60,954 nucleotides of DNA, from the IMG/VR virus record IMGVR_UViG_3300017776_000012, positions 1 through 60,954 of that record; one strand, written 5' to 3'. Origin of the DNA: a virus. Its lineage: Duplodnaviria; Caudoviricetes. The position numbers were made by a program, and so were the translations under genes. Every line of letters begins with the position of its first letter. Within the stretch, counting starts at the first letter, position 1. The notes beneath the pieces were generated by a model. That model made no database searches, was not told the DNA's origin, and saw nothing but the letters and a program-made list of their open reading frames with translations. Positions 46,531 through 54,425 of this stretch are shown piece by piece.

Positions 46531-46977
46531 TCATTCTCCGTCAGTAGTCTTAAAGCTTTGATTGCAAGCATCTGCTTCTTGCTTTTCATGGCTTTTAAGC
46601 TGATCACGAAGATGAGTAATTACATCATTTCTTTCTTTAAGCTGACCTAGCAAGCCTTCTCGTTGGTTGACAAAACCTACAGCCATTGCAGTATGAAAAC
46701 CATCTTGACGAGAAGCGATGCAATTAATAATTCCAGTAATAAAATCATCAATCTTAGAACAACAATCTCGTTCCAGAGCTTCATTAACCTGATCAAGAAC
46801 TGGTTCAAGATCTACATGTGCAGCAATGTCACATGAAAGATCTTCTACAATACTATTACGAAGATCGTATTCACGATTGTCAAAGACATCTTCAGCAATA
46901 GTTTCAACATCCATTTGATCTTTAATTTTATCTACAAGATAATCAACTTCATAGTCATCAAACTCAACACTAGCCAT
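46531..46977 (-). CDS. Hypothetical acidic protein
   Basis: Start MASVEFDD with AAGGAG RBS. Confidence 0.65.
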   Translation of the reverse strand: MASVEFDDYEVDYLVDKIKDQMDVETIAEDVFDNREYDLRNSIVEDLSCDIAAHVDLEPVLDQVNEALERDCCSKIDDFITGIINCIASRQDGFHTAMAVGFVNQREGLLGQLKERNDVITHLRDQLKSHEKQEADACNQSFKTTDGE

Positions 46978-47251
46978 CGTGATTCTCCTTGTTAATTTCA
47001 AAGGTTTTAAAAGTTTTAGAGAAATCTAAAACAACATCATTTAAATCTTTATCTGAATTCTCTGTCCACTCACCGCCCCAGTCAAGAACTGTACCGTTCT
47101 CGTTGCAATGAAAGATCATAGTTTCAGGTTTATTGGTATCAAAAGCAAGAACCTTACTACAGAAAAAGTATTGTCCGTTAATAAGGTGTACTTCCTGCTG
47201 AATAGATCCCTCTTTAGTACACTCATAACAAAATGTATTGTGAGCAATCAT
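46970..47251 (-). CDS. Hypothetical protein
   Basis: 93 aa, ETMIF motif, coupled to neighbours. Confidence 0.6.
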   Translation of the reverse strand: MIAHNTFCYECTKEGSIQQEVHLINGQYFFCSKVLAFDTNKPETMIFHCNENGTVLDWGGEWTENSDKDLNDVVLDFSKTFKTFEINKENHDG

Positions 47252-47373
47252 CTTAGTTTAGCTCCATTGCCGGATCTGCTTGTCTTAGCTTTCCCGCGTT
47301 CTTTTGGGCCTAGCTTTGAGCGTCGAGGTTTTCCGGGTTTTACAGAACCAATAGATTTATTTTGTTTAGCCAT
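47248..47373 (-). CDS. Small basic peptide (not in ORF track)
   Basis: MAKQNKSIGSVKPGKPRRSKLGPKERGK..., coupled at both ends. Confidence 0.5.
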   Translation of the reverse strand: MAKQNKSIGSVKPGKPRRSKLGPKERGKAKTSRSGNGAKLR

Positions 47374-47561
47374 TAAAAGAAATCCTTGTATCTAGGGTGA
47401 TGCTTTAAGTCAGTCCATCTTTTCTTATCTACAATTCTTGGAACTCTTTTGCCTGTTAGGCGAGCTTTCTGTTTTGTAGTAGCAAAGTCTCTAGCTAGGT
47501 GATCAAGTCGTGCCATACGAATCATTTCACCTAAAGAAAAGTCCGAGTTTTCTTCGGTCAT
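47373..47561 (-). CDS. Hypothetical protein
   Basis: 62 aa with AAGGA RBS. Confidence 0.55.
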   Translation of the reverse strand: MTEENSDFSLGEMIRMARLDHLARDFATTKQKARLTGKRVPRIVDKKRWTDLKHHPRYKDFF

Positions 47562-47670
47562 TTAGCTATCCTTATCTTCTTCAAACACTACTAAAGATGA
47601 GTCATTAGTTACATCGTCCCAAGGTGGTTCGATATAATAATCCTCACATTGAATATCATCCAACGGTAAA

Positions 47671-47847
47671 TTAGGCTTCGGGGTCAAAGTCATACCATTC
47701 TGTCAGCCAGTCGGGCTGCCCTTCTTCGTCGTCGAGATGATTATAATACCACTGTGTGGCCTCTTCGTCTACGTCTCCTTCGAGATCATAGACTTCTTCG
47801 TTCTTTTCCTCGTTGTCTTCAGGATCAGGATCACATGTACAAATCAT
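47671..47847 (-). CDS. Small highly acidic protein
   Basis: Start MICTCD with GGAGG RBS; Asp/Glu- and aromatic-rich. Confidence 0.6.
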   Translation of the reverse strand: MICTCDPDPEDNEEKNEEVYDLEGDVDEEATQWYYNHLDDEEGQPDWLTEWYDFDPEA

Positions 47848-48220
47848 TGATATCCTCCGGTACATTAGCATCATTAATACGGGATAAAGCCATACCAATA
47901 TCTTCAACTGTAACATCAACAGTTTCACCTGTGTCATCTGTCCGGAAGAGTACGGCATTGCCTACCAAGTGTGGAAAGATCTGAGATACAAAAGCGGCAT
48001 AAAAGTTAGGAGCTTTGCCGGTAAAAAGACCTTCATCGTCCATCCACATGGTTACTGTGTCGTAATTATCGTCTTCTGGGTTATTGTTCTTAACTCCAAC
48101 AATAGTGCCGCAATCGCAATCGACTGCTGCGTTAAAATCTTTGTAGTCATTTACATTAATAACTTCAAGATTACCAGATACGGGAATAAAAAGTGCTTTA
48201 GCCATTAGTTTTACTTTCAT
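47831..48220 (-). CDS. DUF3846-like protein
   Basis: MWMDDEGL...PN..A...LVGNAVL. Confidence 0.65.
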   Translation of the reverse strand: MKVKLMAKALFIPVSGNLEVINVNDYKDFNAAVDCDCGTIVGVKNNNPEDDNYDTVTMWMDDEGLFTGKAPNFYAAFVSQIFPHLVGNAVLFRTDDTGETVDVTVEDIGMALSRINDANVPEDINDLYM

Positions 48221-48230
48221 TCTGGAAAAG

Positions 48231-48242
48231 CTAGTCTCTAGT
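48231..48242 (-). promoter_or_regulatory. Candidate phage promoter motif ACTAGAGACTAG
   Basis: 1-mismatch copy of the 27031/52893 motif, just downstream of a strong terminator. Confidence 0.45.
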
Positions 48243-48286
48243 GATAGTGACTAGAAAAATGTAGATATACATTATCTCTACATATG

Positions 48287-48341
48287 AAAAAAAAAATGGG
48301 CTATCCTAGGATAATTCCTAGGACAGCCCATATACGAAGTT
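48287..48341 (-). terminator. Strong intrinsic terminator ending the short-RNAP operon
   Basis: Minus RNA AUGGGCUGUCCUAGGA-AUUA-UCCUAGGAUAGCCCAU followed by a long U run. Confidence 0.9.
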
Positions 48342-48347
48342 AAATTA

Positions 48348-48533
48348 TTAGTTTACGATATTTGAGATAAACTCATTATCGTTTGCATTCTGTTCTTTGG
48401 CTTCAATAGCATCGAGACGATCTTGAGCCATCTTACGCTTTTCTTCACTAGTATTGATCATAGCGACAATATTAGTCAAGATCACTTTACCTTCAGAACC
48501 TTCCAAATGATTATAGTTTTTAGGTTGTGCCAT
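48348..48533 (-). CDS. Hypothetical protein
   Basis: Start MAQPKNY with AAGGA RBS. Confidence 0.55.
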   Translation of the reverse strand: MAQPKNYNHLEGSEGKVILTNIVAMINTSEEKRKMAQDRLDAIEAKEQNANDNEFISNIVN

Positions 48534-48555
48534 TTTCTTTCCTTTATAGTTTATG

Positions 48556-48620
48556 ACAAACAAATAAACAAACAAACAAAACGATCGGGACACCGATCTG
48601 TCGAGCGAAGCGAGTGGGGA
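48556..48620. other. Candidate replication origin / ssDNA initiation element
   Basis: (AAAC)n-like tract, GATCGG-GACA-CCGATC hairpin, CGAGCGAAGCGAGT. Confidence 0.35.
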
Positions 48621-48632
48621 CAAGGTGTAATG

Positions 48633-50558
48633 TTAGGATATAAGAGATATTGACATATCATTAATATCCCATGAACCTTTATTCGGTATCGATTTAGTTG
48701 GAAGTCCATCAAGTTCATTGAATGATAATTCCATATGAGTATCAATCATGCCTTGACGTACAATTTCTTTGATTTTAATACAATCTATAATTCTTGTACC
48801 CCATGAATCATGAATAGGAGATACAGGAATATTTTCTTTAAACGCTAAACTACATGAATATAACATTACTGCTGCATCAATAGAGTGAATTCTGTTAGGA
48901 CTTTGGCCTGCGGTACTTGCTACATTTTGCAAGACTTCAGAGATGCCTCTACTTTTGCTGTATGGTACAGTAAAGTTAATATCTTTTTCTAGTGTTACTG
49001 CTTTTTGATTGAAACAGAACATACCAATAGGTGATTTCCATTGAACACTTCTGTTATGAAGATTAAATGTCTTTTGAGACACTTGTTTCATGAAATTAAT
49101 AAATTCAGTAATAGATGGGAATAACAATTGAAGAGATCTAGAATAAGCATTTGCTAGACAAAGTAAAAGATGTCCGGGTTTAACTCCAGCTTCTCTTGCT
49201 GCTTTAACAGTTTTAGGAAATGGGATTTCATTCTTATTAATGACTTGACCCCATGTTAACTTGTCAAGTACATCAATTTCTTTCTGATCTTCTTCTAGCG
49301 TATACTTTACGTCTGCGTCATTTAGCCAGCCTCTTGCAATACCCATGATTGATGAACCATAAGCAATGATCATAACTGGTTTCTTTGCAGATTTACGAGA
49401 AGACAATTCATCATAAACTTCTTTGTTTTCAAGTAATGAAGATACATCGTACTCTTTGCCATATTCTTTGTATGTAAAGAAACGATTGTTTTCTACTGCA
49501 TGAGACGCAGTAACGCTGTACAGATCTTCATTTTTATCAATCTTAGTTCTAAGTGCCGTATGGTATGCAAGTCTAGCATCTTTCATAATACAGGCCATGT
49601 GACCCATACCTGAGCATGTAGCATCTTGTTGCATGATGTATGAAGTTTCACCATACTGCAAGCACTCGTACAATGCCAGTGCTGCCCTGTAACGACACCA
49701 TACTTTATCTTTAGATTTGTATATTTTCTTTTCAATGCCGTAATACGGATCATTTAGGATATGTGCATAGTTATCTACATTGATATTATACTCATCTTGT
49801 AAATGTTGTAAGAAGAGTTTGAAGTATGCACAACTTATATCAACTGCATAATTCTCAGCATAGTCACACAAGGCTCTGTGTATATCGCCATTCTGATATG
49901 ACAACAATGAGCCTGAATCTGTGTAAATGCGACCACGCCAGTCTAAGAAACACGGAAGATAATACTCATGTTCTTGTTCTTTTTTGGCATATTCAATACA
50001 ATAACTCTCAATGTGTTGATCATCTGAAAGAACAATATGTCTTTTCATAGCTTGAAGTACATGTTGATTTATTTTGTAAGGTACTTCTTGAATAGTATTA
50101 ATAGCATCTACTTGTTTCTGAGAAGCCCATGTCATAGGTCTACCACTAATTAAATAGTCTGAACTAGTGTTTGTAATTTCTAGTTTTCTTGGTTTATTTT
50201 TCAACGGTCTAATAGGTTCTAGAGCATTATCTCGATGATCATGATCAAAGAATACCTTGTTTGTTTTACCGTTAACTAGAATGATTCCATTTTCTTGCCA
50301 TGTTCCAATGAGTTTCCATAATTGGATTTGAACATGAGCACAATCATTTGGATTCTCTAGTGCTGCAATAGTAGGTGCATGCTTTCTAATCCATTCGTAT
50401 GCTTTTAGATTAAACTTATCAAAACCTCTCATTTCTCGCCAAAAGTCTACGGATAGAGGTGTTACCCACTCATCCATATAAGATGGCATATATTTAATAG
50501 ATTTAGCAGAGTCAATTAGCTTATCTAAGGTTTTGTTCAACTTTATTCCTTTTTGCAA
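48633..50558 (-). CDS. Second single-subunit RNA polymerase, short (N-terminal domain reduced)
   Basis: AINTIQEVPYKIN, LDWRGRIY, SYQNG, QQDATCSGMGH, DLY, RKSAKKPVMIIAYG, WKSPIG, PNRIHSIDA, IHDSWG. Confidence 0.93.
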   Translation of the reverse strand: MQKGIKLNKTLDKLIDSAKSIKYMPSYMDEWVTPLSVDFWREMRGFDKFNLKAYEWIRKHAPTIAALENPNDCAHVQIQLWKLIGTWQENGIILVNGKTNKVFFDHDHRDNALEPIRPLKNKPRKLEITNTSSDYLISGRPMTWASQKQVDAINTIQEVPYKINQHVLQAMKRHIVLSDDQHIESYCIEYAKKEQEHEYYLPCFLDWRGRIYTDSGSLLSYQNGDIHRALCDYAENYAVDISCAYFKLFLQHLQDEYNINVDNYAHILNDPYYGIEKKIYKSKDKVWCRYRAALALYECLQYGETSYIMQQDATCSGMGHMACIMKDARLAYHTALRTKIDKNEDLYSVTASHAVENNRFFTYKEYGKEYDVSSLLENKEVYDELSSRKSAKKPVMIIAYGSSIMGIARGWLNDADVKYTLEEDQKEIDVLDKLTWGQVINKNEIPFPKTVKAAREAGVKPGHLLLCLANAYSRSLQLLFPSITEFINFMKQVSQKTFNLHNRSVQWKSPIGMFCFNQKAVTLEKDINFTVPYSKSRGISEVLQNVASTAGQSPNRIHSIDAAVMLYSCSLAFKENIPVSPIHDSWGTRIIDCIKIKEIVRQGMIDTHMELSFNELDGLPTKSIPNKGSWDINDMSISLIS

Positions 50559-50820
50559 TAGCTTGATCAGCTTCTTTCAAAGCGTCATGGAATTTAAGAG
50601 TCTTTTTTATCTGATCAGCAATAACTTTTAAGTCTTTACCTTGACAGATAAAATCCCAAGTATCATAATTGTGATTCAATGCATCTTTGTTTGCTTTTTC
50701 AATAGCTCCTTCAGGATTTTCAGGGAAGTGACCTAGATATTGGAACCCTGTTTCACATTGATACACGTAATACAGGTGATCGTACTTCTTTTTAATATTT
50801 TCAATCATCATCGTCTCCAA
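50521..50820 (-). CDS. Hypothetical early protein
   Basis: 99 aa ORF tiled in the operon. Confidence 0.55.
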   Translation of the reverse strand: METMMIENIKKKYDHLYYVYQCETGFQYLGHFPENPEGAIEKANKDALNHNYDTWDFICQGKDLKVIADQIKKTLKFHDALKEADQAIAKRNKVEQNLR

Positions 50821-51037
50821 ATGTTTGTTTCCATCCCATTGGTGAGATGCCTGAAATTAGAAATTCTCTAGTTTCTGCCGATTCATTAGGAAGATAATCT
50901 TGAATCATCTTACTTGGATCTTTTTGATCAATATATTCTTGGATTACATTTGGTACTTGTACTTCAAAGTACTCCTCTGTAACAACACACGTTCCTTCAA
51001 TAAGGTAATCTCCGTTTTCCAATTGGATTACGGCCAT
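50801..51037 (-). CDS. Hypothetical early protein
   Basis: Start MAVIQL (GGAGG RBS); IQDYLP...REFLISGI...W pattern. Confidence 0.65.
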   Translation of the reverse strand: MAVIQLENGDYLIEGTCVVTEEYFEVQVPNVIQEYIDQKDPSKMIQDYLPNESAETREFLISGISPMGWKQTFGDDDD

Positions 51038-51056
51038 ATTACCTCCTAACAGTCCA

Positions 51057-51278
51057 TTAAGTGCTCTGTCCAATTTGAATCTCCATGTTTTTGATCATTG
51101 TGAAAAGAGTTTCATACGCTTTCAAATCATTGTAGGCTTTATCAGCTTCTTCATTACCACTTAGTGCAAGGTTAGTAACACGTGATAAAGCTGATTCCCA
51201 GTAATGGTTTTTAAGTTCAACAAGATCGTCCTTAGAAGGATCTTGTTTACTCTGGAGGGTTTTTACATTTACTAGCAT
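51057..51278 (-). CDS. Hypothetical early protein
   Basis: 73 aa with GAGGA RBS. Confidence 0.55.
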   Translation of the reverse strand: MLVNVKTLQSKQDPSKDDLVELKNHYWESALSRVTNLALSGNEEADKAYNDLKAYETLFTMIKNMEIQIGQST

Positions 51279-51528
51279 AATTTAATTCCTCTACATAAGC
51301 CATAATAACTTCGTCTTTTGCTAGACGACGTTTCATTTTAGTTTCGGCAACAGTTATAATTCTACGAATTTTGTCATAACTTAAAGGATCATCTGGATGA
51401 AGGGCATTCCAAGCAGCATGAATTTCAACTGCTTGGGCTACGGGCTTATTCCAGACAGATCTACTCCAGTTTTCTTTTTCTTTAGACATATCTAAAGCTG
51501 AATGTGGTTCATTATTTGAGATCGACAT
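51247..51528 (-). CDS. Hypothetical early protein, possible HTH
   Basis: LSYDKIRRIITVAETKMKR loosely resembles a sigma region-4-type HTH. Confidence 0.45.
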   Translation of the reverse strand: MSISNNEPHSALDMSKEKENWSRSVWNKPVAQAVEIHAAWNALHPDDPLSYDKIRRIITVAETKMKRRLAKDEVIMAYVEELNYASKCKNPPE

Positions 51529-52009
51529 AACCTACATGCTCCTTAATATGGTCTTCGATAGTATTGACAAGTCCATACATGTCACCAAAATCAGTAGTTC
51601 CATATTTATGACGAATTAAATGAAGAATAGAACACAAGAATCCTGTACTTTTACGAGCTTCATTACGCTCATTTTGATACATATCTTTTGTATAATTCAG
51701 GCACTTGTTAAGTTCTTTAATTTCAGTTTGCTGTTTGTAATGAGAGTCTCGACAATTCGCAAGTTTCTCATTCAACTTATTAGACCAATCTCGTGCTTTC
51801 TGAAGTTCTTTTTCATGGATGGATTTGGCTACTGTATCGTCAGATTTTAAGTCTTCGTTTTCTTCAGATGCAGTATGATATCGTTTCTTTAATTCAGTAA
51901 ACGATTTATAGGCGTTCTTGATTCTTCGAGCATCTTCTTCAATCTTTTCTTGTAAAGATTCAATAAGTTTTTCTCGTTCATCATTAACAAACTCTTCGTT
52001 ATTAGTCAT
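51512..52009 (-). CDS. Coiled-coil early protein
   Basis: Start MTNNEE (AAGGAG RBS); long heptad repeat. Confidence 0.65.
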   Translation of the reverse strand: MTNNEEFVNDEREKLIESLQEKIEEDARRIKNAYKSFTELKKRYHTASEENEDLKSDDTVAKSIHEKELQKARDWSNKLNEKLANCRDSHYKQQTEIKELNKCLNYTKDMYQNERNEARKSTGFLCSILHLIRHKYGTTDFGDMYGLVNTIEDHIKEHVGYVDLK

Positions 52010-52413
52010 AAGTTCTCCTTTACTTTGTTCCAATGTGGCAGAGTACAAGACTTCTTGTGTCCATTAGGGCCACCATTATGCATCCTAGAAACATGCTCTT
52101 GGGTAGGTTCACATCCAAGTCTACGAGCATTGCAGTATCTTGCCATATAGGCCCGTACAATACGCTCTGCGTACTTAGGATTGAAACAATCCTCATATAC
52201 CCCTCCAATACTTGGATCGTATTCTACGGCATCCTGCCAATAACTACGGTGAATCTGATAAATGCCAATTGCATCTCCTCCATCGCCAATGGCATCTGGA
52301 TTATTGTTTGACTCTACTACGCGAATAGCAGCAAGAACCTCAGTCATCTCTTGTTCAGAGATTGACCAAGATTGAGATGTCATGACACACATTAAGATAA
52401 TAATACGAAACAT
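52006..52413 (-). CDS. Invertebrate-type (destabilase-like) lysozyme with signal peptide
   Basis: IRVVES...GIYQIHRSYWQDA...AYMARY...RMHNGGPNG...WNKV; hydrophobic N-terminus. Confidence 0.8.
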   Translation of the reverse strand: MFRIIILMCVMTSQSWSISEQEMTEVLAAIRVVESNNNPDAIGDGGDAIGIYQIHRSYWQDAVEYDPSIGGVYEDCFNPKYAERIVRAYMARYCNARRLGCEPTQEHVSRMHNGGPNGHKKSCTLPHWNKVKENL

Positions 52414-52427
52414 AATTTAAATCTCCT

Positions 52428-52507
52428 ACCTAGGTTTCCTAGGTTATAAAGGTATATAGTATTATCCTTAGGACAACCTAGGTCTTAGGTCCCTATAGAT
52501 AATACTA
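52428..52507. repeat. CCTAGG-rich overlapping inverted repeats
   Basis: CCTAGG at 52429, 52438 and 52477, plus variants; TAGTATTATC/GATAATACTA pair at 52457/52498. Confidence 0.7.
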
Positions 52508-52508
52508 A

Positions 52509-52868
52509 CTAGTTTTCATCCATTTCTAGGATGGTTAAGATTTGATTCAATTGTTTACTAGTAGCAGTTGTTTCAATGAGCCTTGAGATTTTATTCCTTT
52601 GCAGTTCTTGAGCATCAGCAATAGAATTTAGAAACTCATTCATATATTCCTTGATGTGTTCAATTTCTTCTTCATACATCTTGATTTGTTCTAGGAAATA
52701 ACTATGGCTAAATTCTTGATCTATGGTATCGTGAGAAGGAATGTCACCTGTAATTGAGGAGTTTGTATTGTGTGTTAAGGAAAATGTCCAATCTGCCTTA
52801 ATGAATCGATGAATCTTACAATCCAGTTTATTGGTCAAGTGATTACGATTAAAGTAAATTCTATCCAT
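52509..52868 (-). CDS. Hypothetical early protein
   Basis: 119 aa with AAGGA RBS. Confidence 0.6.
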   Translation of the reverse strand: MDRIYFNRNHLTNKLDCKIHRFIKADWTFSLTHNTNSSITGDIPSHDTIDQEFSHSYFLEQIKMYEEEIEHIKEYMNEFLNSIADAQELQRNKISRLIETTATSKQLNQILTILEMDEN

Positions 52869-52892
52869 AATTTTACAATCCTTTCGAATTTG

Positions 52893-52904
52893 CTAGTTTC
52901 TAGT
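52893..52904 (-). promoter_or_regulatory. Candidate phage promoter motif ACTAGAAACTAG
   Basis: Identical to 27031-27042; lies between a terminator and the next RBS. Confidence 0.5.
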
Positions 52905-52916
52905 GGCAATACAACG

Positions 52917-52953
52917 TGAAAGCCCCGGACACGTGATAGTGTGCCCGGGGCTT
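52917..52953 (-). terminator. Intrinsic terminator
   Basis: Minus RNA AAGCCCCGGGCAC...GUGUCCGGGGCUU followed by a short U tract. Confidence 0.7.
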
Positions 52954-52963
52954 CCGTCGTTAG

Positions 52964-53011
52964 TTACCCTTGTTCTTCACGTTGGGTAATGTATTCTTCT
53001 AAATCGTCCAT
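52964..53011 (-). CDS. Possible 15 aa micropeptide MDDLEEYITQREEQG
   Basis: TAAGGAG RBS overlapping the upstream stop. Confidence 0.35.
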   Translation of the reverse strand: MDDLEEYITQREEQG

Positions 53012-53021
53012 GTGACTCTCC

Positions 53022-53726
53022 TTAGATTGCGAGTTCTTCACTTGCAGCCTTGACATTTTCCTCTTGAGGTTCAAGCATTTGCTCTTCCTCACTTGGAATG
53101 TTCATGTCAATCTTGAATGAGGGATCAAAGGGATTGATTGCATTCTGCCGACAGTAGGCAAGGTGCTCTTGGAAATTCTCAGACCAGCAGGCCTTGCGAG
53201 GAGCACCTTTGATCCCACGACTGGCAATTGTTTTTTCGTGTCCCTTTAGAATTCGATTTTGATCTGTGGTTCGCTGAGCTTCTGGCAATGCCTTGATCTC
53301 TGCGAGTCCTTCAAGACTGAACCAAGTTGTCAATCCACGGGACCAATTAACTGGTTTCTTTTCCATTTGCATGGTATCAGGATTGAGCTCTTGTCCGCCA
53401 TCTACGAACTGGTAGATGGTTCTTGTTGTTCCAGTCTCCAAGGTTTCGTTAAGAATGACAGGGAATCCATCCTCATTCAATTGAACTTCAGGGATGATTC
53501 CAGCAATGTATGATCGTCCTTTGTCATGCTTATCCCACTTGAGGGTCATGATGTCTCCACGCTGAGGAGCCTGAAGGCCTTGGTTTTGAGGACTGCTCAT
53601 CCAGAGGGCTGTGATTCGCTTGAAAGAATAGTATCGATCAAAAGCATTGGCATGATCTTCGCTAAGGGTTTCACGGTATGTTTTTTGAGCGTTCTTGTAG
53701 TTTGCAATTTGAGGAATCTCGTTCAT
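53022..53726 (-). CDS. Hypothetical early protein with acidic tail
   Basis: 234 aa, GGAG RBS, bracketed by a hairpin element and a terminator. Confidence 0.75.
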   Translation of the reverse strand: MNEIPQIANYKNAQKTYRETLSEDHANAFDRYYSFKRITALWMSSPQNQGLQAPQRGDIMTLKWDKHDKGRSYIAGIIPEVQLNEDGFPVILNETLETGTTRTIYQFVDGGQELNPDTMQMEKKPVNWSRGLTTWFSLEGLAEIKALPEAQRTTDQNRILKGHEKTIASRGIKGAPRKACWSENFQEHLAYCRQNAINPFDPSFKIDMNIPSEEEQMLEPQEENVKAASEELAI

Positions 53727-53792
53727 TGTAATTCTCCATTAGAATTGATAAAAGCAGGTCAGACACACAACGTGTCCAACCACATGGATGCA

Positions 53793-53806
53793 CGCCCGCA
53801 AGGGCG
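53793..53806 (-). promoter_or_regulatory. Candidate hairpin promoter (CGCCC-GCAA-GGGCG on the template strand), copy 2
   Basis: Identical 14-mer at 54820; 67 nt upstream of an early ATG; no U tract. Confidence 0.55.
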
Positions 53807-53930
53807 TATCCGTAGTCTCGGAAGATGTCAAACGTGCAACCAGTGCTCGTCGTAAAGGTCAGTCGTAGTAGTAGTCGCTAGTCTCGCGTAAGCGTAAGCC
53901 ACTATCACGCTGTCGTGCCTAGTGCAGGGC

Positions 53931-53957
53931 AAAAAAAGAAAGCCCCCGAAGGGGCTT
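53931..53957 (-). terminator. Intrinsic terminator
   Basis: AAGCCCC-TTCG-GGGGCTT followed by TCTTTTTTT. Confidence 0.9.
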
Positions 53958-53960
53958 AAT

Positions 53961-54050
53961 TTATTTCGCTGCTTTCTTTCGAGCCTGAGCCTTCTTGATT
54001 ACAGCCTTCAATGGATTACTTAATAACACTTTAAACTGATTGTGAGTCAT
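53961..54050 (-). CDS. Small basic peptide (not in ORF track)
   Basis: MTHNQFKVLLSNPLKAVIKKAQARKKAAK; AAGGAG RBS; ATGA coupling. Confidence 0.5.
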   Translation of the reverse strand: MTHNQFKVLLSNPLKAVIKKAQARKKAAK

Positions 54051-54403
54051 ACTAACTCTCCTTTTTCATACATTGTGATCAGCTTTTGAGCATGGTTCCC
54101 GATCTTGAGATTGTTGTCGTACTCCTGCCGAGCTTGTCTTCGGATCTCTTGCTCTTCTGGAGTAGGATCCTCATGCACATCGCATGAGATACGATCCTGC
54201 ACCACGTCATTAATCCAATCTATTTGGACAAGAGTAGCATCATCCAATCTCTTGTTCAAGTTCTTCCATTGTCTAGCCTCTCGCTCATCGTGACGAGTTC
54301 GAGTAGAGATGCCGGTCTTGCTTCGCTGATTTCTTCGGATATGCCGAGCATGCTCCAGTTCTCGCTTTGCAATAGTCTTTGTCATGTAAGTATGATTACG
54401 CAT
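54047..54403 (-). CDS. Hypothetical early protein
   Basis: Start MRNHTY with AAGGAG RBS. Confidence 0.65.
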   Translation of the reverse strand: MRNHTYMTKTIAKRELEHARHIRRNQRSKTGISTRTRHDEREARQWKNLNKRLDDATLVQIDWINDVVQDRISCDVHEDPTPEEQEIRRQARQEYDNNLKIGNHAQKLITMYEKGELV

Positions 54404-54425
54404 TGTAAATCTCCTTGATTGAATA

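Noticed and set aside
53803-53831. Perfect TTGACA as a sigma70 promoter
   Set aside because: The -10 position reads TACGCC, a poor match, and overlaps the hairpin.
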